Below are positions 53,856 to 64,000 of a DNA stretch of 64,000 bases, piece after piece. Each line of letters opens with the position of its first letter. Position 1 is the stretch's first letter. The DNA is taken from NCBI RefSeq assembly GCF_001194135.2, contig NC_068986.1, positions 18,837,783 to 18,901,782 on the forward strand. The letters run 5' to 3'. The position numbers and the translations under genes are program-made. The notes under the pieces were generated by a model. The model made no database searches, was not told the origin of the DNA, and saw only the letters and a list, made by a program, of their open reading frames with translations. This DNA is from Octopus bimaculoides (taxonomy: Eukaryota).

Positions 53856-53906
<51 letters not shown>

Positions 53907-54614
53907 NNNNNNNNNNNNNNNNNNNNNNNTAGCGAGAGGGAGAGAGAGAGAGAGAGAGATGGAGGAGGAGGGACAAAGAGATATTTATATTTTGTTGATA
54001 TTTATAAGTGTATGAAGATAAGACATATTTCATAAATATACAACTATATGTAAGCACACAGTGATACGCACACAAACTCATATATGCTCATACACACACA
54101 TACATAAGAGGTCCTACGTCATTTTTGTATTTCATGGACAAGAATTCATATACCCACATATATTCATACGCACACACATATTCATATATATACATATATG
54201 TATGTGTGCCTGTATGCATATATGTATATTTATATGAATGGGCAGGTATATGTATATGCTTCTGTATGCCGTTAGCTGAAGTTGTTTGCCAATATGCATA
54301 TACTTATGTGTTCGCTCATTTTCGAGGCTGTACATGTGATTTATACGTATAATGTATATAAACCTACACAAAGATATATGCTTATGTTCTATATCTTCAT
54401 GTTACTTCTTTTCTGTCAGTGTGTGTGTGTAGAAGCGCACTTATATAATTCCAAAACGTCGTTTCGTTATTAATGACCTGATGTAAACATCTGTACAAAA
54501 ATATTTTACGTATACGCATTTACTTACAGCTACCTTTTCGACAGCAACACAAAATTAAACACATTCAGACGTGTATACCTCGCATCATCATCATTTCTCA
54601 ACTTCTTAATTAAT

Positions 54615-55024
54615 TAATCTGTTCTACTCTAGGCACATGGCCTGAAATTTTGGGGGAGGAGCCAGTCTATTTGATGAAGCCAGTACGCAACTGGTATTTC
54701 ATTTATCGACCGCGAAAGGATGAAAGGCAAAGTTGACCTCAGCGGAACTTGAACTCTGAACGTAGAGACAGACGAAATACCGTTAAGCATTTCGCCGGGT
54801 GTGCTAACGTTTCTTATTTGTTTATTGCACTCAAGGGGCTAAACATAGAGGGGGAAAAACAAGGACAGACAAAGGGATTACGTCGATTACATCGACCCCA
54901 GTACATAAGTGGTACTTAATTTATCGACCCCAAAAGGATGAAAGGCAAAGTCGACCTCGGCAGAATTTGAACTCAGAATGTAACGGCATTTCGTTCGGTG
55001 TGCTAACGTTTCTGCCAGCTCGCC
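54615..55024 (-). mobile_element. Head-to-tail dimer of SINE family A with two different 3' tails
   Basis: Both units share aaggatgaaaggcaaagt(c/t)gacctc...ttgaactc...gctaacgtttct. Unit 55024-54815 ends ...ttgtctgtccttg...tagccccttg...aataaacaaat. Unit 54815-54615 ends ...ctcccccaaaatttcaggccatgtgcctagagtag. Confidence 0.9.
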
Positions 55025-55082
55025 TTTTTCTTCCATAATTTAAGTACTACAAATTTCACGCTTTGTGCCTATTATAGTAATG

Positions 55083-55171
<89 letters not shown>

Positions 55172-55279
55172 GTGCATATAACTATCTGACACAAAGAAAC
55201 ACCAGAGCTTGTTGCACTTACAAACTATTTCTCTTAAACACAAATGTGGTAAAATGACCAGTTATGAGAAAACTAGAAA

Positions 55280-56175
55280 TCGAAGTTGTATGAAACCGTT
55301 TCCGGAATAGTTATGTAGCGCGCCAACAGACTTCAGTATACATTTGTGTGCGCAATGAGAATTCGCAGAGGCCTTGATGAGGCAATGCGCCGAGGGTCAT
55401 CGTTATGTTTACTACCCAAGTTGTGAAATTTGTGTTTTTGTGATCACGTCTGTGATTTTGTCATGGACAGGAACAAAGAGCAAACGTGAAAGTTTGGTTA
55501 AACTATGTAAGTCTGCTACAGAGATATTGATAAAGTTTCGGCAAGGTCACAGCAACGAGGCAATAGGTCACATGCAATTTTCGAGGGCTACAAAAGAGGA
55601 AGAACATCCCTGGAACATTATCAACGACCTGGAAGATGTTGAGAAGTTTGGAAGAACCTGCCACGAGCGTCAACCCGGAAATGTGAAGGTAACTCATCAG
55701 ATTGTGCATGAAGATCATCGGAGGACAATGGACGATGTTGTGAAGCATTTCAGGGAGGATATTCGGCGAAAAGGGCCGAGTCTGTGGAGAATGAGAACAA
55801 CAATGCACCCTGTCACTGAGCTCTCCTCACTCATGAGTTTCTCTCCAAAAACAACATGGCTTCGCTTCTGCACCCATGCTGTTCGCCAAAGTTAGCACTT
55901 GCGGATTTCCATCTCTTCCTCAAGAAGAATAAGCAACTGAAAGGTTGCCGGTTTAACAGCGTTGTCGACATTCAGAGCGAATCGCAGAAGTCCCTCGACT
56001 CGCTTACAAAAAATGACTTCCAGGACAGGCCGAATTTCAAAAGTGACAGGAAATCTGGAAGCGATGTATTGCTGCGCAAGGTGATTATTTCGAAGGTGTT
56101 GATGTTAAAAATTAAGTAAATAAGTTATTTTGTATTAAACTAACTAATCCTGGAATGTGTTAATATCGCTGTTAC
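55280..56175 (+). mobile_element. mariner transposon (irritans-like), internally deleted non-autonomous copy
   Basis: N-terminal pieces across frames (MDRNKEQ, KSATE, KRGRTSLE, IVHEDHRRTMDDV) join directly to KHFREDIRRK.PSLWR, then NNAPCH, HPCCSPKLALADFHLFLK and QLKGCRF. WVP and the first catalytic Asp are absent. Weak TIR similarity: ttccggaatagtt versus aactaatcctggaa. Confidence 0.88.
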
Positions 56176-56197
56176 TAATAAATATTAGAGCGTCTGA

Positions 56198-56358
56198 GGT
56201 CGGCTCGCTTGGTAGAATCGTTAGCACGATTTGTAAGTTCTGTGTTTATATGTTCTGAGTTCGTATTTCGGATTTCATTCATTCCGGGTCGATAAAATAT
56301 GTAATCGACTTAAAACCTTCATGAACTTGCTTGCCTTGTCCCAAAATCTGAAATCAAC
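56198..56358 (+). mobile_element. SINE family A, decayed with internal deletions
   Basis: ggtagaatcgttagcacg...gttctgagttc...tccgggtcgataaaat...taatcgactt...gccttgtcccaaaatctgaaa. Confidence 0.65.
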
Positions 56359-56541
56359 ATCGGTACCCTTGTTGTTATCAGTAAATGAGTAAGGGACAAT
56401 TTAGTACTGCTAGCATTTTCAATCAAAGAAGGCAATCGATTAATACGAACTTAAACGATTAAATCAATAAAAGGAACAGTGAAATTATGCAACACTTTCT
56501 AAAATTTAAACATGTAATATTTATCACAGTTATCCAAATTT

Positions 56542-56730
56542 CAGTCAGCCAACAAGGGACATGCTCAACTGGTGAAAGTCAAACAGATGACAAGCAAGTC
56601 TGTGGTATTAAGCTGAATATTTATTGCAGTCTATGTTTTATACCAAGACCAAATTATGTACACAATAACACTTCCAATAAGTTAAGATCAGAAGCCATGA
56701 GATCCACTGCCTGGTATTGCATCGGGGAAA
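56542..56730 (-). mobile_element. Truncated copy of the ~555-nt non-coding element at 56780-57335
   Basis: gtcagcc...gacatgctcaactgg...ttttataccaagac...ataacacttccaat...aagatcagaagccatgagatccactgcctggta is a direct repeat of 57148-57335. Confidence 0.88.
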
Positions 56731-56779
56731 TTTCATCATCATCATCATCATCATCATTATTATTATTATTATTATTATT

Positions 56780-57335
56780 GAGTGAGAGAGCAGTGCATGC
56801 CATCAAAGTGACACTGGGGTAAAAATATACGAAGCCCATTATACCCATCATGACTACCCGTCTGATAAGAGTACACCGGCCACATGCATCGCAACCATAT
56901 GTGCGCGACATGGTGATCTCATATCAAAATAAACAGCGCATGACCTCGTACGTGGGGCCTAGTTAGAATTTTCTTCAGGTCGAGTAGCCCATCTCGCTCA
57001 AAAGGTCCCTGAATAAGGTTTGTTTAAGGATGCTGAGCGAAACACCCATATTTCCAAAGGTGAATTATTCAAACCCCATAGAAGTCCTTTCAACACATGG
57101 CTCAGATGTTCCCCCACTACTTTTGCTCATGATCAGAGATGCACATATCGTCAGCCACCAAAGGACATATTCAACTGATTAAGGTCAAACAACTGCCAAA
57201 CGGATCTGTTGTATTAAGTAGAATATTTGCTGTAGCCGATCTTTTATACCAAGACAAAACAATGTACATGATAACACTTCCAATCAATTAAGATCAAAAG
57301 CCATGAGAGCCACTGCCTGGTACAGCATCCGGGCA
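56780..57335 (-). mobile_element. ~555-nt non-coding interspersed element bounded on both sides by trinucleotide microsatellites
   Basis: GC-richer body, no ORF and no recognisable tRNA head. The minus strand ends ...gctctctcactc(aat)n and is preceded by (AAT)n(AAG)n. Orientation is inferred from the AAT tail. Confidence 0.75.
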
Positions 57336-57350
57336 TTTCTTCTTCTTCTT

Positions 57351-57456
<106 letters not shown>

Positions 57457-59082
57457 TCTGTACTCTTCACAATGTAATTTTCTCGCTTCTCTTCTTACAC
57501 CGTTGTATCATTAAAATATTTCGAAGTCATATCAGTATTTTATATCAAGCTAACTAGCATAGAAAAAAACAAACTTACTGGAACATTTAAACCACTTAGA
57601 CCGATCAGAACACTTTTTTTACGTTATACATAATTTTTTAAAACTTTTTTTTTCTTCTTACCGACCCACCATCCCAATGTTCTCTTACAATATACTCATG
57701 AATGCAAATGCTCACACAATCAACAATCGCTAAAGTAACAGAAGAATATATACATTGTATACGATTATTATTGCAATCAGTTACATCGCCAGTGCCAAAA
57801 GGTTGAAGTTACGAAGTATTCTTTCCCATTATTCCCCAAAATAGAACACCACTTAATTTTTTATACAACCATGACCGATAAAATAAACACCAGAATACTA
57901 CGTTGTGCTCTTTTAAATCCACTGTATACTAAACTCTTCAACAATTGGCTTGAAACACAATGCACAGCGTATGCAAATATTATTTCCTCCTGAATGCTCA
58001 ACTCTAAGTCGCATTGCAAATGCAAATGTTTTTCTTTAGAAATTAGATATACCCCACGTTATGCGTATGATTTGTACAATAACGAGTATGCTTGCTTAGA
58101 ATTATATTATATCACATTATATCGTTTTTCAGCACCAATGCGAAAACAAAAACGAATAGAAGATACACGTTTCTCAGAACTTCACATCCGATTGCTTCTA
58201 GCCATTGTGGATGGAAGCAAGGTTTTTCAGATGCGAGAATCACTTTCAGCCTATGAGCTAAATGGCAGATACGAAAACGGGAAGAGAATAAATTTCATGA
58301 TATAAGGAAATGATAATACCACATCCATATGATACTTTCATCAAAGGAGGTAGACGTAGGAAGATAGGATGTGGTATAGATCGCATACAAAGAATGGATA
58401 GCATTTACATCACCAAGTAAATCAATTGCGTTCACGCTACAATTTGTTGTAACTTTTTTGTATTATTCTGTGTATATTTACAACATTTTATTGTCAATTC
58501 TTTTCTTTATCCTCATAGATTGAATAGAAACATGACGCAGATCATCAAATGACACACGCGGGAAACACACGAACAAAAATACGCATATACATGGATAAAT
58601 ATATCTGTGCTTGTGTGATTGTTTGTATATGTATTTATGTATATTTATATAAGTGTATACGCGTGCGCATGCACATAACCTATGTGCGCGTGTGTATGTT
58701 TTTCAAGAATATTTCTTTTTTTTATTTTAAGTATACGCCGCAACGGTATACCGATCAATTTCAAACGCAAACAAAATACTTCGCTAACAATACACAGCTT
58801 TGCGTTAATATAATATGCATATATATANNNNNNNNNNNNNNNNNNNNNNNNNNNNNNNNNNNNNNNNNNNNNNNNNNNNNNNNNNNNNNNNNNNNNNNNN
58901 NNNNNNNNNNNNNNNNNNNNNNNNNNNNNNNNNNNNNNNNNNNNNNNNNNNNNNNNNNNNNNNNNNNNNNNNNNNNNNNNNNNNNNNNNNNNNNNNNNNN
59001 NNNNNNNNNNNNNNNNNNNNNNNNNNNNNNNNNNNNNNNNNNNNNNNNNNNNNNNNNNNNNNNNNNNNNNNNNNNNNNNNNN

Positions 59083-59118
<36 letters not shown>

Positions 59119-60105
59119 CCACACTTTGTATATATTCGTGGTGTTTTGTGTTTGTGAAGCATTTAGTACAGAAACGTTTGTGACCATGGCCTGAAATGAG
59201 GCAAAGTATGCGTGTGTTTAGAAATAACATGGTTTACAACTACCTCATCCAGTACAGTAACAATTTACAGCTGATCGTATAATAATCAACGATTAAACCT
59301 GTACTCTATATATTGGGATATTTCTACTCTCTAGTGTACCGTTGAACAGGTTTTGTTCAGTCGGTCTATTCAATCCGAACTGCTTACTCTTGCCGTGTGA
59401 AAATGAAAGTGTATTATGGATGTCACTGCACTCGAATGAATATTTACGCCACGATGTGCATCCTCACAGGACACAGTACGACAGCAGAGCATGCAATGTT
59501 GGTTTTGTGTCTAACCAATTCCTATCGTGTGTCCTTTTAAGCAGTTGGGGGTTGATAAGGTTATTGTTGTTGCTGATGTTGTCACGCCCCTCAACAATTG
59601 CTACTATTTAACCCGGGAGAACACTGGAACCCCATTCAGAAGAATGTTGAAATTCTACGTCACTTATGCTACATGGAATGCGAGTTACCGGCCTTAAGAG
59701 TCTCACAGATCAAGAGAAATATAAATGAAGGCCTTTACCTACTATTTCGTCATTTACGAGGAACCTTCGTTTCGTATCGGAACGTATAGTATTATGTTAC
59801 ATAGTGATTGCTTTGTTTTGCTCATCAAAAGCGAACGAACAAACGGCAAATCCAGAACATGTTTTCTAATAACTGTGCCACTGATTTTTTTCCTCAACAA
59901 CCATATTTTAAAATTATTATTCGACATTGAAGCCAAAACCAAAACCATAAATAAAATAATATAAAATATACGTACAATTAAAAAAAAACAACGAATAAAT
60001 AAAAATGAATAAAAAGAAAATATTCATAAAACCAGACCATGGCAAAATTTGTTTTTGTTTCAAGTAAATCTAATTTTAATTAAAATGTAATATGAACAAA
60101 AAAAA

Positions 60106-60153
<48 letters not shown>

Positions 60154-60299
60154 CAACAGCATCGTAGAATGCAACAGACGAAAAACAAGTACAATATGAA
60201 CAAGAACAAAAACACTAACTACGCCACCAACTTCACCAGTTACAAGAACAACACGAAACAGAAAAATAACAACAAAAGCAAGAATTAAAGCAACACAAC

Positions 60300-60917
60300 T
60301 AAAGAAGTAAGAAGTATGATATGAATAAAAAGAATGAGTTGCAAAAAGAAGGAAAAAACAAGAGAAGAGCCGAGAGTAAGAAGGGCGATGGTATGGAAAG
60401 GGCTGTAAAAATAGAAGTGGTGGAAAGATGAAAATAAGAATAGTGTAAGATGACGAGGAGAAACATGTAGGAGAAGATTATGATGAGGAGGAAGTGTAGA
60501 GAGTGGGAGATTCGTGATGAAATAGTAAAGTCAAAATGATGGGTATAGAACAGTAGTGATGAGTCGAATGAGAAGTAAGGAAAAAAGTAGAAGACGAATA
60601 AGGAATGGAGAGGAAAGAAATGAAGTTGTATGATGACGAAGAATGGGGAAGAAAACAAGAAATATAGAAAGAGAGACAATAATGGAGAGGAGGAATGAGT
60701 TGAGGTGGTCGTAGAGGGAAAAAGGTCACGAGAAAGAACATCGGCGAAGGAGAGAAAACTGAAGAAAAGGGAAATAGCATTAGGTGTAGATGCCGTTGAG
60801 TGTAACGATAGCTACGACGAAGGATGCGGCGGCGGAGGAGGAGGAGGAGGAGGAGGAGAGGGGTGAATGAGAATTTCGACCAGTTGTGTTGGAGGACAGG
60901 GAAATATGGAGATGGTA

Positions 60918-60948
<31 letters not shown>

Positions 60949-61470
60949 GAGGAGGAGGAGGAGAAGAAGAAGAAGAACAAGAAGAACAAGAAGAACAACA
61001 ACAACAAGAACAACAACAACAAAAAGAAGAACAAGAACAAGAAGAAGAAGAGGAACAAGAAGAAGAAGAAGAAGAACAAGTACAAGAACAAGAACAAGAA
61101 GAAGTAGAGGAACAAGAAGAAGAAGAAGAAGAAGAAGAACAAGAAGAAGAACAAGAAGAAGAACAAGAAGAAGAAGAAGAAGAAGAAGAAGAAGAAGAAG
61201 AAGAAGAAGAAGAAGATGGATAACAAAGGACGGAAAGGAGAGGGGAGAAGGAACCTGGAGAAGAAAAGAAGACAAAGAGGAAAAGAGCCGGAGGAAGAAA
61301 AAGAAGAAGAAGAAGAAGAAGAAGAAGAAGAAGAAGAAGAAGAAGAAGAAGAAGAAGAAGAAAGAGGCTGGAAAATTTGAAGACGTAAATAGGAAAATTG
61401 TAGGCTGAAGAAAAACACAAGAAAATAAAAGAAAGAGAAAAAGAAGTAAAGAAGAAACACAGGCGTGTGG
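60300..61470. repeat. Purine-rich (GAA/GAG/CAA-derived) low-complexity tract
   Basis: The + strand is strongly G/A-rich, with perfect (GAA)n blocks at ~61165-61215 and ~61300-61360. It explains the E/Q-, R- and L-rich ORFs 60478..61460. Confidence 0.95.
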
Positions 61471-62104
61471 CTTAGAGAATAATTAAAAAGTATAATGAAG
61501 GTTTATAATAAAAGGCATAAATATGGATTATAACTTTTGTTCTCTTAATTAGAAAGTTAATTTATGCTCCAGAGAAGGGAAAACATTTCAATTTATTTTA
61601 TGTCTTTCTTTGAGAAAAAGTGATAAAATGTAAAAAAGAAAATACAAAGAATAAGAATAAAAAATACAAACATACAAAAATAAACATAAAGAAAGTGTTT
61701 GATTATAATAAGGAACGAATTGCCGTGCTTAACTTTACATGGTGAATTGCAGAATTGTGCCTTTTGTTGATAACCACCCGGCGATAAAGGGGTCACAGAC
61801 ACTAGTAACCCCCAACAATATTGGTCAACATAATCAAAATGTAGTGGCGTGTTCTGCGTAACAACAAACGACTATAGCTTCTGGCGAATTGATACGAAGA
61901 TTCTTTTACGTTCAATCTTAGTCGCCGCACGTTTATTTAATTTAAGTTGCTAATGACATTGAGAAAGACATGTAACTTATAATATATCAATTTATTTGGT
62001 TTCTAATATTTTACAGTGTAATTTCTTTTGTCTTGTTTTGTTTAGTTTTTAGTGTTTTATTACAGTTTTTTTTTTTAATGCTTTCATAAAAAAAAAAATT
62101 ATAT

Positions 62105-62330
62105 CTTACCCGCTGCTCTTTCCCAGGCACATCGCTTCCCTGTTGACCTTCTTGTTAATCGTAAGTCCTTTTGTTCTAATCGTTTTTTTGTTCGAACTAC
62201 AGCTGTCTGGAACTCACTACCACCGTCTAGATTTCCCCTAGCCTATGCTATTTAGTCTTCTCAGCTTTCTGACAATCGGCATCTTTTGAATTTCTAGGCT
62301 CCTTCTTTGTCTTTTTGCTGTCCCTTAGGG
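62105..62330 (+). mobile_element. CR1/L2/Jockey-group LINE 3' end
   Basis: Reads AHRFPVDLLVNRKSFCSNRFFVRTTAVWNSLPPSRFP; the (S/R)FFxRTxxxWNSLP motif closes the RT ORF in these clades. A short UTR follows. Confidence 0.75.
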
Positions 62331-62698
62331 TTTTTTTTTTTTTTTTTTTACACAAAATCGCATAGAAAATAGCAGCAATTGAAACACTGATAATATTTTG
62401 CATGGTTTTCTCGTTTAGAGTAATGTTACTTCATTTGCGCTATTAACAATAGCATTTACCTCCCACAGGTTTGAATTTGTTCTATCTTTAAAACTGTTGG
62501 CGTTTCATCGGTGTTATTTTTAATTGCGTGTAACTGCCTCTGATATTTATTCTTTCTAAGAAATGTTACAAGCCGTAGTTGTAGCAAATTCTTAATTGAA
62601 CTATAAGTAATCTAACGTACCTATTACTAAATGTAGAACACACAATATGTATATTAGTATTTTTAAATCACACAACGTGAGATATTCAGCAACATTAC

Positions 62699-63117
62699 TG
62701 TCTGCCAACATAACATGGCAATCCTAGTTTAGGACTGATGTTGCTGTAATTTACCCCCAGGAGACATCGTCTCCATCTGGCTGTACGATACGATTTGTGT
62801 CCTGATATTTTCGAACATGGTAATTTTCTAATTTATAAATTAGTGACTAGTTGTCACTTTCAAAACTAAATATTTCGAATGGGAATTTGGCAGCGCTACC
62901 TCTAGCTAAGCAATTATTCTCTGCTGATGAAGGAAAATAACCCAGAAATCGCGATACACAGATACTGTTTTGAGCTGTGTGGGGGTGCTGGATTACATTG
63001 TTCGAAAATATAAGGACACAGATCGTGTCGTATAGCCAGCTGGATACGATATCTCATGGAGATAAATTACAGCAACATTAGTCCTAAACTACGACTACCA
63101 TGTTATGTTGGCAAACA
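62699..63117. mobile_element. Inverted-repeat element (126-bp arms, 167-nt spacer), probably a Penelope-like pLTR structure
   Basis: 62699-62824 is the reverse complement of 62992-63117 with 17 mismatches and no gaps (hand alignment). The spacer contains a hammerhead motif. Confidence 0.85.
62918..62962 (+). ncRNA. Minimal type-I hammerhead ribozyme motif (partly degenerate copy)
   Basis: tctctg-CTGATGA(62924-30)-aggaaaataaccca-GAAA(62945-48)-tcgcgat-A-cacaga. Stem I is 5/6 paired, stem III is the palindrome ATCGCGAT, the cleavage triplet is AUA, and stem II (GG/CC) is weak. Confidence 0.65.
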
Positions 63118-63809
63118 ATCTTTACAACACACAATATGTAGTTAAAATATATACGCCTTATATATCGTCGATCTACGAAAGGGGTAACAATAGCCAAATT
63201 CGCAAATCTACTGCTTTGTTTTAACAAGTCTAAATATACAGACGAAATAACGCTAAGAATTTCGCCCAATGATACAGGAAACATATTAAGACTGGTCTTT
63301 GTGCTTCTTAAGATGTACAACAATTCATTTACGTAGCTTATCACCCAGGTCCAGTGAAGGAAACGAGGGAGACTATAACTGATCATTTACCAGAACTTAA
63401 AGTTAAGAGTTAATAAATATGCACACTGGTTAGGGCATACATTGATATAGACTTGTTTGCCAATATAATGAAACCACTTGATTGACAGTTAGGGCTAAAT
63501 ATTATAAGCTATTTCAAGAATAGGATCAAGATAATTGGAAATATAATAATTCATAAAATGAGTAAAAAGTTTACGTATCTCTAAAAGATGAACATATAAA
63601 AGAGAGTGTCGACACAAGAATATATGAATGGCTAAAAATATTGGTTTTACATTATGGCACAAAATCAGTAATTTCGAGGAAGTCTGTAGACGATAACATC
63701 GTCCCCAATACTCGACTGATACTTATATTATCCTTTCTCAAAGGATGAAATCAAGGTATGCGGAACTTGGATTCACTTCATTAATATAGCTGGTTTTAAA
63801 TGTTGATAC

Positions 63810-63907
63810 AATGCCAGCAGTATTGGGAGAAGGGCCAAGTCAATTAAGTCGACGCAAATGCTCAGCTGGTAGGCATTTTATCGATTCCGATTTGATAAAA
63901 GGCAAGG
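63810..63907 (-). mobile_element. SINE family A, decayed 3' part
   Basis: gggagaagggccaagtcaattaagtcgacg...ctggtaggcattttatcga...gataaaaggcaagg. Confidence 0.55.
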
Positions 63908-64000
63908 TGTGTGTCTATGTGTGTGCGCGCGTCTGTGTCTACATGTTTATATTTATTATATATTTACGAGAGTATGACATCGGTTTTCTATTTGCTGCCA

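Noticed and set aside
60867-61223. Glu/Gln-rich 118-aa ORF and overlapping poly-Arg/poly-Leu ORFs
   Set aside because: Translation of a GAA/CAA/GAG microsatellite field; several frames on both strands are open, and there is no complex sequence.
62127-62160. Apparent exon with strong acceptor (ctctttcccag|G) and donor (ATC|gtaagt)
   Set aside because: The frame reads through the donor into FFVRTTAVWNSLP, a LINE RT terminus, so the splice-like motifs are incidental. This shows how easily false exons arise here.

Overview
AT-rich, microsatellite-saturated animal DNA from a gapped short-read scaffold: 17 N-runs totalling about 5.3 kb, most flanked by (TA)n. From recall of the SINE families it is most likely an Octopus genome; this is inference, not a database result. 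No host protein-coding gene can be supported. The ORF track is almost entirely microsatellite or N-gap artefact, and the few protein-like ORFs are decayed transposons. These are four or five R4/Dong-type restriction-like-endonuclease (RLE) LINE fragments, one Tx1/L1 endonuclease fragment, one CR1/L2/Jockey-type 3' end, two Penelope-like (PLE) GIY-YIG remnants, two mariner copies and about 20 tRNA-derived SINE copies from three families. The window is probably intronic or intergenic. The most interesting signals lie outside the ORFs. (1) A minimal type-I hammerhead ribozyme motif sits inside a 126-bp inverted-repeat element at 62.7-63.1 kb, and up to three more degenerate hammerhead motifs occur elsewhere. 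(2) R4/Dong LINEs and a ~555-nt non-coding element are stacked in tandem inside (AAT)n tracts. (3) There is a near-perfect foldback hairpin at 20.1-20.4 kb. (4) An inverted copy of local sequence is inserted into a SINE at 41.8 kb. All alignments, counts and translations were done by hand, so SINE boundaries are approximate (+/- 20-30 nt).
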